From assembly GCA_016748015.1 (NCBI GenBank), contig JAAOMT010000494.1, forward strand, positions 736,190-800,189: 64,000 nt of DNA. Reading direction: 5' to 3'. This document shows, piece after piece, positions 27,695-40,911 of this stretch. The notes beneath the pieces are model-generated. The model saw nothing but the letters and a program-made list of their open reading frames with translations, had not been told where the DNA came from and did no database searches. Source of the DNA: Geosiphon pyriformis uo1. Taxonomy: Eukaryota; Fungi; Glomeromycota. The position numbers and the translations under genes were made by a program. Position 1 is the stretch's first letter; the number at the start of each line of letters is the position of its first letter.

Positions 27695-29071
27695 ATGAAC
27701 ACACAAAAATACCAACAACTCTAGCATTATATAAATACTCAATTGTTCAAGGAGAAATTATCTCAAAAAAAACAAAACAACATAAAACAGCAATCAAAAT
27801 ATTTCATAAATCATCAAAATATACTTTACCAGAAAAACAGAAGAAATCCAGACCAACTAACCAAAGTAATTACAGAATCAGAAAAAGAAACAATATTGTT
27901 TAACATGCACTCAAATCCAACAACAGGACATTTTTATAAAGAAGCAATCATAGAAAAAACCAAAAAAAGATACTATTGGCCATCAATGTATCCAGACATC
28001 ATCCAATATGTTCAAAGTTGCGATGTTTGTTAAAGAAGAGGTGGAACAAAATCCAGTAAACCATTAAGACCAATCAAAATAGAACAACTATTTGATTGCA
28101 TTGAAATTGACTTAGTCAGACTATTAACAATTACCAGTAGAGGCAACAGATATATTGCAGTAGCTATGAACTATCTCACAAAATGGCCAGAAGCAAAAGC
28201 CATTTAAAAAGCAGATGCAGAATCTGTTGCCAAATTCATCCATCAAGATTTGATATGTCGAAATGGATGTTCAAAAAAACTACTATCAGATTAAGGAACT
28301 CATTTTGTGAATAAAACATTAACAGAATTAAGTTAGAGATTTGGGATAAAAAGACTATTATCATTACTATATCATCCATAAACCAATAGATTAGTTGAAA
28401 GATTCAATAGAACATTGTGTAATGCAATTACCAAAATCAGTCAAAAAAACCAAGATGAATGGGATTTGTTTATACCATCAGTATTATTTGCTTATCGAAC
28501 AATGAGACAAGATACTATACAAGCAACACTATTTGAATTAGTATATGGTAGAACAGCAACATTACCAGTTAAGATAGAGGTCAACACATATCCAATTGAA
28601 CCAATAACAGAAGCTAATTTCCAAAAAACATTATTGAAAAGAACATATAACCTAATAGAAACACTAGAAAACAGATAATAAAAAGCATATAATAACATTT
28701 AAAAGTCTCAAGAAAAGCAAAAAAAATGACACAATAACCAATTACCAAATAAACCAGTTGAATTCAAGATTAGAGACAAAGTACTTCTACATTGTATCAA
28801 AGTGGAAAAACAATAGAGTAGAAAATTCGACCCCAAATAGGACAGACCATTTTACATAGAAGAAATTCTTGGAAATGAAGCTTATAAATTAAGATAGAAC
28901 AACAAAATCTTAACCAAAGCAGCACATGGTGATCGACTGAAATCATATTACCAAATAGCATCATTATTTACCAATAACATTCCACAATTGGGAATACAAT
29001 GAATATTAGTTCAACCAGAGAAGATTCCACAAGATCTGGAACCAATCATAATCATTGGACTAAACACATAA
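27695..29071 (+). pseudogene. Integrase ORF of C1
   Basis: HHCC and core fragments in ORFs 27743..28033 and 28415..28678. Confidence 0.88.
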
Positions 29072-29136
29072 AATCAAACAATAAAAGAATATATAAAGAC
29101 ACAGTATATGTGACAAAGGCAACCAAGAAAAAAAAA

Positions 29137-29772
29137 ATGGAAATACCAGATTATATTCACATCATAGCTCAACAATTATTCCAGGCCTTAAGTTAACAAC
29201 CTTTAGACATAGAAATTATTATTAAAAACCAAACAATTTGCTATCAAAACACCAAAAGAAAGACAAAAAATACACCATATCAGCAGTTACCAAAAAATAA
29301 TAAAAACTGGTCAGATAAAATAATAGAAAAAGTAAAAAACACTTTTGGGAAAATACCTATTATGGCACCAACAGAAAAACTTACAAAAAAAAATTGGAAA
29401 CAATGGACAGAACAACTTCCAATATTATATTGTTACTACCAATTAGGTCGAAAGTTAAATATTCAAGAGTTGTATATCGACAAATCCAAAAAGATATTTA
29501 ACCAAAACATAATACAGCAAATTGAAGAATTTATTGGGAAAAAGACAAACTCAACACTACATGGGAGAACAATTTACCAACTGCACAATATATTTCAGAA
29601 CTATCCAGAAATACTGTTATACTCTGACATGGAAATTATAACCATTAACCAATGAGAAAAAATGAACAATGTACAAGTAGAAGACATGAAAAATAAAGTC
29701 AAACAAACAATACTAGAAAAAAAAGTATTAGAGCTAATTCAGAATGAAGATTTTGACAGAGCTTAATATTAA
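29137..29772 (+). pseudogene. ORF3 of C1 (about 211 codons)
   Basis: MEIPDYIHIIAQQLF..YCYYQLG..RTIYQLH..PEILL. The frame is preserved. Confidence 0.72.
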
Positions 29773-29786
29773 AAAGGAGGAGATAA

Positions 29787-30568
29787 TATTACTCATAAAA
29801 AAAACAGATATAGGGAGAATAGTAAACCAATGAGTAAATAGTATGTAGCACGTGAACACATTGCTCAGCAATATAGAGCAATGATAGAAATCACAGCACA
29901 TTGCTCAAGAAATTATAGCATATTACTCAAGAATGTGAGCAATTTTGTAGAACATCAATTATGTATATATAGTGGTAGCATTAAAAGTAGAAAGATAAGA
30001 ATCCTTTAATTAGAAATTTTCTATCTATAAATATTAAATAAATAAATCATTCACTATTTAAATTTACTTTTCACTATCAACACTTCATGTTGATAGTAAT
30101 TAATACCTAATCATGCTAGAACAATAGCTTTTGATTATGGCTATTGATAAGATACTAACGTGCATATCGTCTTGGCTTATTTTTTTATTTTCTTTTATTT
30201 CTTTCTTTCTTTGATTTTTACTGTCATATACTAACTGATTAAGGATTAAAGTGCTGAGTAATTGACATCACGGATAGCCTGATAAAAGATCCAGAAATAA
30301 GGGTAAAATTATATATATATTAATGGATAGCTTACCAGAAAGGCATAACTGCCAGAATAAACTGGCCACCAAGCTGAAAACAGAAATTGGGAACACAACT
30401 CATCAACCAACTACATTGTCATTGAATCTCTGTCCATTATACAAAAGACTCAACTTTAAAACCTTTAGATACAACTAACATACCAGTATTACCAACATTG
30501 TCAAGATATTGAGCACCAAGTTATGGATTTGTTATTTGATTTAAGACTTCAAATAATTATCTATAATA
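29787..30568 (+). repeat. 3' LTR of C1
   Basis: Follows the PPT, has a degenerate end (ctataata) and is followed by the TSD. Confidence 0.92.
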
Positions 30569-30572
30569 TCAC

Positions 30573-30770
30573 CAAGCTTAGAAAAAAATTGGGAAAACAA
30601 CTTACTAATAACAACAATAGCATTATTAAATCTCTGTTCATTATACAAAAGACTCCACAACAAAACCTTCAAATTAACAAAATCTTCAGAAACCAACATA
30701 ACTATATTAATTGAGCACCAAGTTGTGGGTTTGTTATTTGATTTAAAACACCAAGTAATCATCTGTAACA
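30573..30770 (+). repeat. 3' LTR of B1, right part (U5 end)
   Basis: Resumes the LTR sequence after the TCAC TSD, ends TGTAACA and has no PBS after it. Confidence 0.88.
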
Positions 30771-32141
30771 CTGTGTTATTGGCTTTGGAAGCAGTACCTT
30801 ACAAATGTAAACTAATATTGAACACAGATAATCAAGCAGTAGTGTCAACAACTCAAAATGGTTGTCCAAAGACTCTCTTATGTCTATTAAAAATTAGCTC
30901 AAAACTCCTAATTAGTATACATAAAATACAATCAAGACAGTAATAGATGAAAAAAGAATTGATTTCAACATAAACAAAGTGGCTGCACATACTAAAATAT
31001 CCGAAAATAAGATGGCTGACAAACTAGCCAAAGAAGCTATTGCTTTTGATACAGTAAAGTGAGTCTACAATGCTAAGAATATCAGTTACATTCCCTTTTG
31101 CAAAAGAGTTGAATTGGATTTGAATATCAAACATTTTCTGAACCAACAAACTGGAATACAAAGAGCTTTGGATTGAATTGGCAATAACAAAATGCAAAAG
31201 ACAGTGAGGTCTTTGGACCAGAGAGTAGACTAGAAGTGCACAACTAAAGTATAGAACTGGAATAATAAAATTTCATTAAGCTTTACTTCAGCTGGTTCCT
31301 CAGCAATGTGTACATTTATCATAAAATTATTTCACAACATGCTGCCTACAGCTAAAGTGCTATACAATAGACATCTTTTTGTATATCTGAACAATTTGTA
31401 CAAAATATGCCACATGAAAGTAAAAACCAACCAACACTTTTGGGAATGCTTTTTAAATACTCAAAAGGGCAAAACGCTGATAAATGATGTAAGAAATAAG
31501 TGAATACAGTGCTTATCAAAGGCTGTGAAAGGGAAACATAAAACCTTAGACTCTGGTGTGAGAGTAGTTCTGTCTAATGAATACATTAGGTCAACATCCA
31601 ACATAGATCTGTTATACAAAAAACTAATCAATAAGCAATTCAGAAGAATCAATGCTTTTGTTAACATTAATTAAAGAGTTAACAATAATATTTTAATTAA
31701 GGTAAGTAAATAGGCAGTGATTCAAGCAAGGAATAAATTATGGAGGGAACATTACAAATTACAACCTGAGTGAAAAAAATTGATGGGTGTTGATAACAAA
31801 GTTAAAAAAAACCCATTATATGTGATTAGCATGCACAAAACGCCAAGGAATAGTGGTAATAGTAGTGGCAATTCCAATATTAAAATGTGTGATGGGTTCA
31901 CACATTGTAATAAAATATTGACTAATGTTTTGAGTAGTAAAATTACTTTATGTAATAGTGTAATATTCCTTAAGTTTTCTGATTATACTAGCATGTAGTT
32001 AGGCATAACCACTTAATAGTTAGCCACATCTTGTATTTTAGAGTACTGGGTGAGTTGGCTTTATGAAAAAGCCATGCTTTTTGAGTGTGACTAAACTAAT
32101 AAAAGACCAGCATGGCTACATGTTAACAAAAAAAAAAAAAA
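30771..32141 (+). mobile_element. 3' end of a LINE: ORF2 RNase H and C-terminal CCHC domain, 3' UTR, poly(A)
   Basis: LLALEAVP..LNTDNQAVV and KVAAH..ENKMADKLAKEA (RNase H). KLFHNMLPT..KICH..NQHFWEC. Stop at 31998, poly(A) 32128-32141. Confidence 0.88.
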
Positions 32142-33621
32142 GAGGTATTTTTTTCTCCAGTACTTGTTGGTGTTCATCTAATAATTCTTTGGTGAGCATC
32201 AGCATCAGTTTTTTGTGAGAACCAAGTAGCAGAAGAGTCTTGAAGGTAACCACCAATGATTTAGAACTTGTATTTAGTGTTATATTGGTTGACAGTAACT
32301 GCTCTCTTAAAATCATCCAATCATTCAATTGGATTTTGTGCATCATTTTTAAATAAAAGTAGTGGAGTATTGTTTTTTTGTTCTAAAGCAGTTTGTATAC
32401 TTTGGAAGACAGCTAAAATATTTGCTTGCATGGAGTTATTAGTCATTGATTCAGGAATAATTGTTTGTGCAAAATGTTTTAATTCACTTGAGAAAAGATC
32501 AAAAACAAAAGCAGTTTGGTAGCTTTTTTTTTTTGTTTTAAGGGGAGTTTTAATTGATTAATGGGCAGCAATCCAGATGTGGATTTGATAATTCAAATAT
32601 TCGAAATCAGGAAGCTGTTGTTTAAAAGTTGTTGAGTATAAAAGTTGGTTAATGCTGTTGTTTTTTTTTTCAAAGTTGTTTTCAAGATAAGCTTGGTCAA
32701 AGTAGTAAGTTGTATAGGCTGTATAAGTTTCAGCTAAATGCTTGTTTAAGAATCAGTTCCAAAAATCTTGAAATTGTCTACTGGATTGTTCTTCAATGAG
32801 AAAGCAAATTAAGCAGAAAGACAAAGAATTGAATTTAATAAAGTCTAGATTGTTTTTATTGTGTGCTTCAAAGTGTTTTTCTGATTGTTGTAACAGATAT
32901 GAATAATCATCTATATAATAGAATTTTGACAACCTTACAGGGAGCACTACTTTTATGTTATGAGTTGAAATAACAAGCTAACAGATAGCAAAAGAGAACA
33001 GAATTGTAGAGTGATAAAAGAAATCAAAGGAAATTTAACTTCAAAGAGCAAATTGAATAAGTATGGATTCAATGTGTAAAATTAGTCTCATAAAATATCT
33101 CAGTCACTATATTTTTCAAAAGATAATCAGAAAATTTGAAGGTAGAAGAATAGTCTGTACTGTTAACAAATGATTATATACTGGTATAATTCTATGCCTT
33201 ATGTCAGCACTCTTAGAATTCAATATCAGGTATTAGATATACTCTTCAGTTATGTTTTATTCAATAATCTTTAAATACTGCAATTACATGTTTTAAGAAA
33301 AAGTAGAAAACAACCAACAAATAATCTTTTATCACAAGATGTTCAAATACTTGAAAATAGAAAAAGAGAATTTAGCAATAAGAGAATAATTAAGATGAAA
33401 ATTGTTATTTTTTTTATTTTTTTTCTTTGATTCTTGTATGTTTTTCTATAGCTAAGAGATTCATTTCTTATATAGTTATCAAAAGTGGTCAATGATCAGA
33501 TCAACAACTAGGTCAATGATCAAATTAACAATTAGGTTAATAATTAGGTCAATGATTAGGTCAATAATCATTATCTAAAAAAAGAGTGGCTAATTATATA
33601 ACATCAATGGCTAATACATGT

Positions 33622-34437
33622 TATTACTCATAGAATATAGGAAATATAGTATTATTAGTCAGTAGATATTAGCCAATCAGAGGTAGATGTAGTAAATGTG
33701 GAATTTCAGAATTCTTCTCATCAGAAATTGCAAGATTCCAGGAATTTCAGGATTTCTGTCACAAAGAATTGAGGAATTGAGGAATCTCAATTATGTATAT
33801 ATAGCAGTAGAATTAGAAGCTGAAAAGACAGACCTCTCAGTTTAGATTTAATTTAAGCAACATTTCAGTTCCTAATTATCAAATAAATAATTATTCCATA
33901 TCTCAACCCACTCTCTACTATCAAAACTTCATGTTGATAATAATTGATACTTAACCATGCTGGAACAATAGCTCTTGATTATGGCTATTGACGAGATACT
34001 AACGTACCAAATTGCCTTGACTTATTTTTTCTATTTTCTTTATTTTTATTTTCTTTATTTTATTTTTATTTCTTTCTTTTTTTGATTTTGTTGTTGTATA
34101 CTAATTGATTAAAAGATTAAGCACTGAGTTATTGATGTCAAGAATAGCCTGGTAAAAGACCCAGAAATAAGGGTAGGATTTTATATATTATCAGATAGCT
34201 TACCAAAAGGGCACGACTACTAGACTAAATCTGGCCACCACACTGAGAAAGAAATTGGGAAAACTTTTGGAAAGATACAGCTACTATTGACACTATTGAA
34301 TTTCTGTCCATTATACAAAGAACTCCATCAAAACCTTCAGATACAACAATTGCAGAACCTCATCCATGGAAGTAGCTTTTGAGCACCAAGTTACGGGTTG
34401 TTATTTAATTCAACAGCAGAAATAATCATCTGTAATA
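33622..34437 (+). repeat. 5' LTR of B2
   Basis: Direct repeat of 42991-43846. Confidence 0.95.
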
Positions 34438-34499
34438 TTTGATGCTCCCTGTGAGGTATAATCCTACAGAGAACCAGCACCAACAAACACTATTCAAAA

Positions 34500-37400
34500 G
34501 TGGCAGAATCAGAAAATATAGGAGCAAACCATTTAGGATTCACAAAGTTCTTATTTCAACACTATTGTCAATACTTGGGATTAAATCACAATCATATATC
34601 TGCCGAATCAGCCTTCAATTTCTACATCAACAAAAAGATTTCCTCTTTATTAGGAACACCAGTGAATACTGAATTAGCAAGAGAAACTTTCTATAGGGAG
34701 TTAATTCAAAATACCAACCTGCCAACAAATCATAATTTCACATCCATCATCACTGAGATCAACAAAGAAATTAAACACCACATTCAACAAAGATATCTAA
34801 TTACATATGCTAGTAAAGGCAAGGGAAAACGAAAAACACCAGCAGTAACACCCAGAAAAATACAGCCACCTACTTGGAAGAAAAACAGAATTGAATTCCC
34901 AAGCAACCCATCCTACCACTATACACCTGAAAGCACCATCAACATATCATTAACAGATGCATTCCCATCAACTGTGACATCAGCATTTGGATGATTTTCA
35001 TTTCAAAGTAGACAAAGGAAAACAGAATTATTAGGACCATATGGTAAATACTTTGAGAGATTTAATTCACGATTATCAATTCCATTAGGACTTCGATTAC
35101 CACCGCCTCCACCAGATTTCGGGATCTCTGATCCATGAGAAGCAGCAGAATCAGAAAAAGAGGAAAAAGAATCAGAGAATCAAGAATTTACTTACCAGAA
35201 CCCAATCACTGAAAACCTGGAAGTTGAAACCCCGAATTTTCAAACTCAGCAAAATCTAAATCTAAAAAGTTCAGAAATCAAAACTCCAAATTGTCAAAGG
35301 CAGAACAATCCAAACCCTGAATTAAATAATCAGCAAAACTTATCTCTGGTAATTGTCATCGATCAACCACTGATTAATCCCATAGCCGAACTCATACAAC
35401 AGCCACTTCAACTACCACCTCAACAACCAGTACAACAACAACTGCTTCAACAGCTACCACAACCACCTAACTTAGATCCAATGGCCTATGCACCAATTGC
35501 AAAACTTGACAACTTTACTGGCAAAGAGGATGACACTCAAGTATGGTTGAATGATGTAGAAAAGACCATCGCAGCCAACAGATGGAATGATGCCCAAGCA
35601 ATACAAGCCATTCCCTACTTTCTCAAGGATACCACCAATTCGTGGTATCAGAGCTTGGTTAATAAACCACAAGATTTCAATGCCTTCAAAATGGAATTTC
35701 TAAGATACTTCAGCAATAATAACAGCATCAATCACCTAGTCAATACATTCACCACCATGAAACAAAGAAAAACTGAAGCAGTCACCACTTACCTAAAATG
35801 CTTCTATTAAAACCTGCGCCAAATTCAAGCAATTGATGCCAACTATTTTACAGCACCACAGATACTCAACCAGTTTATCCATGGCCTGCGCAGCAGCATC
35901 TTGCAATATATACATCCGTTGCATCCAGGCACACTTCAAAACACAGTCACACATGCCAGAGATTTTGAATCTGCTGAGTCAGAAGCCAACCATGCCCAAG
36001 CCATTAATCTAGTAATGAACAGATCATCTGAATTAGATTCCAAATTGGAGAAGTTCAGTGAATCAATTAATAAGAGATTGGAAAGATACTTAGCTGACAA
36101 TCACGCCATTTATCAGCCTTCACAATGACGCAATAATCAAGGAAACTCTAATCGTGCCCAAAATCAACCACATCCATCTTTATCAACCAATCAACAGTGG
36201 CAACAGGAAATGCGTATCTGCCACTATTGTGGTAAACAAGAACATATCCAAATGGACTGTCGCCAGTGTTTAAATAACCAATAATCAGGAAATCAATATT
36301 AAAACCCTGATCGCCGGTTCCAAACTCTGAATCAGTACCCAAATCAAAACCAATCCGCTTATCTACCAGTTACACAGTCATCAGTCTATTAATCTCTGGT
36401 GTATTAAGCTCCAATCTATCAACCACAGCCACAAGTAATTTATCAACAACTGCAGTCACAAATAATCTATCAACCCCAAAAAATCCAAACACCACCCCAA
36501 AGCTTACCACTCAACAGAACCCAAAGACCAAGAATGACTTAACAGAGATGGAGATCAGCGATAGTAGTCCATCAACTGATCCCCAGTTCTTCACAGCAAC
36601 CATCTGGATTACGCCAGCAGAATTTGGGTGTTGGTCAACCCCAGAACCCAAATTCCCAGAACTATTTAAGTCTCCTGGTCACCCCAGAAAATGCCTCAAC
36701 CAATAACCCGACATTTGCCCAAAAACAACCACTCACCAATAATATTCTACCTGCTACCATTACTGAAGACGAGTCTTTGGCTATTATATTTCCATTTGAA
36801 TTTGAAGAAACAACTGTAATGTCATTATTTAGTGGAGCCACTTTTGAAGCCAAACCAATCATCGTGATGTATACTAACGCCAAAGTCGAGGGACAATCCA
36901 TCAAATTAATCCTTGACAGCAGTTCAGCAGACAGCATCATCACATGACAACTTATGGATCAATTAGGTTGCCGAGTTGATTGAGCTGCCAGCACCAGAAT
37001 CATCATAGCCGATAGAGCAACCAAAACTCCAATCGGCGAAATTAACGACTTCTCTTTTGAAGTCAATGGCATTGTGACTCCTATTAAAGTTCTAGTGATG
37101 GAAGCCACTCAATACCAAGCTCTCATTGGTAATGACTGGCTATTCAAAGTCAACACGACATTAGACTGGAACACTCAGGAACTCCAGCTAACATATTAGG
37201 GCCAACACATATGTGTACTGGCCATGTGTGGTCACTTTAAAACTCTTCCAAGAGAGAAACTATTGATCAAACTGGAGGAGGAGAAAGAGAAACCTACTTG
37301 GGAAGCTTACCAAGTCTCGTGGGCCAATGTTGACCACAATAAACTGCTGCCAATACTTGCCTAGGATGACGATAACAATGGAAAAGAGGAACAAGAAAAA

Positions 37401-40400
37401 GAATCTATTTGTGGAACCACTATCGATGCTTGGACTGATGACAAAGACCACCACAAGCTAATGCCAATACTATCGTGGGACGACAACCCCAAGAGAAAGC
37501 AAAGAGAAGAACTTACCTGGGAAATAGATGACCTGACCTGAACTGACAACGATAAACAGGAACTGACACCAAGCTGGAAATAGAAAGAAAGCAACAAAGG
37601 GAAAGGAAAAGCAAAAGAAAAAGAGCCACTGTTAATAAACTCATATACTTCCTATCAATATACAACACCACAACAATTCACCTATTGACGACCCAAACTA
37701 GTGTGTGTCAATTGCGGCAAAAAATTGTTGTCAATGGGTGCATGCTGTGGCAATGACAAAGAATATTAGACAGCAACCAAGTTTTATTGTTACGCATGTC
37801 TCATTAAACACTTTGGAAGACCAAAACGAGTGGGAAAATGGGATAATACACCATGTCTAGCCTGTGGAAAAACTCTCCTCAATGAAGGAATGTGGAACAA
37901 CATTCCTGGAAGAGAAGGAATGTGCGATGTGTCCTGCCAATACACAATCTTTATCAGTGACTGGGTTGAGAAAGGAACACCCATAGAAGCCGCCTGGAAA
38001 AGAACTGTACAGCAATTGGACAGTTGTCCATATGACAACGATGAAATATGGCAGATGGCAATCGCCAAAATTGAAGATGTGTCACCAGAAGAAATCAGGA
38101 CAATTAAAAACAACCCACCAGAACCCATCGAGCTTGACTGGGATGCAGAGCCAGTCATAAATTTTCTGGAACCAGAAGAGTTCCATGAACACTACCAAAA
38201 CTTGGCACCCATTAGAGAAAAGCAAGAACAATAGCTAGCACAGTTAAATACAAGACTGTGTTGCCATTGTTTAATTCCCAATGACTTTGAATATTGTGAC
38301 AATTGTGATCTCATTTACAATCTACCACCACGCATGATCTACATGATCCCTGAGGAAGAAGAACCAATCAGCAGCTGTGCATCGGAATTAGAATTGCTGA
38401 TCAATCATGATCCAGACTTCGATGATGATGATGAAAACACTGGTTCCAGCTCCATTCAAAATGGCAATGACAACAAAGACAATTCAAACTCAGATTCAAA
38501 CTTTAATTTAAACTATGAACAATATATTGCACTATCAAATCTCTTCAAAAAACAAGAGTTGAAATAGTATAGTGACAATGGGGAAGGTATTATGTCAGAA
38601 CATGCACATGATACTGATGCAGGGTTTAATCTGAGGTATCCAGGAAAAAAGGCCATCAAATTGAAACCACATTTACACACTTGCATTGATCTGAAAGTAG
38701 CACTAGAAATTCCGGCAACAACAATGGTTCAACTAGCATCTAGGAGTAGTTTAGCAAAAAGAGAAATTAATATAAGAGGAGGAATAATTGACACAGGATA
38801 TGTGGGAAATATCATTGCTATGCTACAAAATGACTCAGAAAAGGCCTATATAATAGAGCCCAATAAAAAGATAGCACAGGCAATATTTCTGCCTCTGGTT
38901 AGAGTAGCTCAGTTAGTATCAGTGAGAAAGAGAAAGGAATTAGAAATAACAACAAGAGAAATACAGGGATTCAGATCAATGGGTAGAATAGATGTACCAA
39001 TTAATATGGCGGAAAAAAAAATTATTGGCCAAGAAGAAATTATCTTAACCAGTCAAGCTATTTCTATTTCACCATATAACCAGTACATGCTAGCAATAGA
39101 AAAGAAGGAAAAAGACCAAGCACAAATTTTTGAAGCAGAAGCCAGTCTTTGTGAATCAGGAGAAGTTAGACTCATCAATCTCCACATACCAGCCAAAGAT
39201 TACAGCCACATCAAAATTCCCATCTACAACAATACAGAAAATGTCATAGAAATACCAGCTGGAATTATTATTGGATACTTAAACACTAAAATAGAAGATC
39301 AACCACCAAACCCCATTCCAGACTTTCTACAACTTTGTGGATATATTGATATCATATTACAAACAATATATGGATAACGTGAATATTATTTGCTCCAACC
39401 AGAACAATTAGAACAAATGAACATGGGAAACTTAGATCCACTCTAACGTATGCAACTCAAAATGTTGCTCAACCAGTTCAATGACATCTTTGCCAGCAAA
39501 AATGAGTTTGGCCAAACCAACATTATCCAGCATCAGATTAAGACTGGAGATGTAATGCCAATTAAACAAAGAGCATACAGAGTACCACCAGTTAGCCACG
39601 AAATTATTCGGCAAGAGATAAACTGAATGCTTGACAATAGGCTAATTCAGCCATTGATGAGCCCATGGTCATCACCAGTAGTACTTATCCATAAGAAGAA
39701 TGGAAAGATCTGATTTTGTGTGGACTACAGAAAACTCAATGATGTAACTTGTGGAGACAGCTATCCAACTCTATGGATACAGAAATTATTTGATGCTTTT
39801 GGCAGGAACAAATGGTTCTCAACATTACACTTGGACAGTGGTTACTGACAAGTGGCCATAGATCCAGCTGACAAAGAGAAAATGGCATTTACCACGAGAG
39901 AAGGGAATTTTGAATTTGAAGTAATGCCATTCGGTTTAACCAACGCACCAGCCACTTTCCAATGGCTAATGGAAATCATCTATACTGGCTTATTGTGGAA
40001 ATCAGTAGTTGTATACTTGAATGACACCAATGTATTCTCAAAAACATTTGATGATCATTTCCATCATCTTCAACAAGTGTTTGAAAGACTAAGAAGAGCA
40101 GGACTAAAGTTAAATGCAACAAAGTGCTTCTTTGGCAAGACAGAACTAAAATTCTTGGGATATATAGTCAGCAAAGATGACATCAAAACAGATCCAGAGA
40201 AAATAGAGATAGTAAAGAACTTTCCAATGCCCACCAATATGACAGAACTAAAATCATTCTTGGGATTTGCCAGCTACTATTGATGTTTTATCAAGAACTT
40301 TTCCAAGATAGCGCAGCCACTCAACCAACTGCAAACCAAGAATACCAAATATGAATGGGCAGAAAGTCAACAAGAAGCTTTTGACATTTTGAAAAGAAAG

Positions 40401-40817
40401 CTCATTCAAGCTCCAGTACTGATTTATCCAGATCACAGCAAACCATTCATCATCACCACCGATGCATCTGGCCAAGTATTGAGAGCAGTATTATCTCAGA
40501 GAAGACCAAACGGCAGAGAACATCTAGTAGCATATGCTAGCAGAGGTTTAACACCAGCCAAAAAGAACTATGGAACACCAGAACAAAAACACTTAGCAAT
40601 ATACTGGACAGTCATGAAATGGAAAGAATACTTGAGCCAGAAGTTTGAAGTATACACAGATCACAAGGGATTAACATCACTCCAAAAACAAAAATTTGGA
40701 GATGGAAGACAGTCAAGATGGAAAATGGCACTTGCACTATACAATTATATTATACATTACAAAAAAAGAAAAGACAATGGAAATGTTGACAGTTTGTTAC
40801 AAATGAGACAAATCTAA
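34500..40817 (+). pseudogene. Single-frame gag-pol of B2 (gag, PR, Cys domain, dUTPase, RT, RNase H)
   Basis: The main ORF fragments (34500, 35481, 35901, 36624, 37830, 38334, 38592, 39852, 40389) all share one reading frame. Confidence 0.92.
38592..39000 (+). pseudogene. dut: dUTPase domain of B2
   Basis: DAGFNL, RSSL, GGIIDTGYVG, KIAQ, REIQGFRSMG. Confidence 0.9.
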
Positions 40818-40911
40818 GAAAATTTTAACACAAAAATATAACAAAACCAGAACAATACCAACAAAAAATATAACAAAACCAGAACAATACCAACAAAAAA
40901 TATAACAAAAG

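Larger units (their letters stand above)
20598..30568 (+). mobile_element. Complete family C Ty3/Gypsy element C1 with TCAC TSD, inserted in the B1 3' LTR
   Basis: LTRs 20598-21483 and 29787-30568. TSD at 20594-20597 and 30569-30572. PBS 21486-21502, PPT about 29771-29786. Confidence 0.94.
12331..30770 (+). mobile_element. Family B Ty3/Gypsy element B1 (5' end displaced out of the window by A1/A2; 3' LTR split by C1)
   Basis: Internal region 12331-19935 is colinear with B2. PPT at about 19920-19935. 3' LTR consists of 19936-20597 plus 30573-30770. Confidence 0.9.

Noticed and set aside
33622-33628. TA.. instead of TG.. LTR starts in B2 and C1 as a novel terminus
   Set aside because: B1 and C2 start TGTTA, so G-to-A mutation is the simpler explanation. 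Inheritance from a parent copy cannot be excluded.
36270-36310. Candidate -1 slippery sites (TTTAAAT, GGAAAT) after the B-family zinc knuckle
   Set aside because: Gag continues in frame into protease in B2, and the heptamers are not conserved in the other copies.
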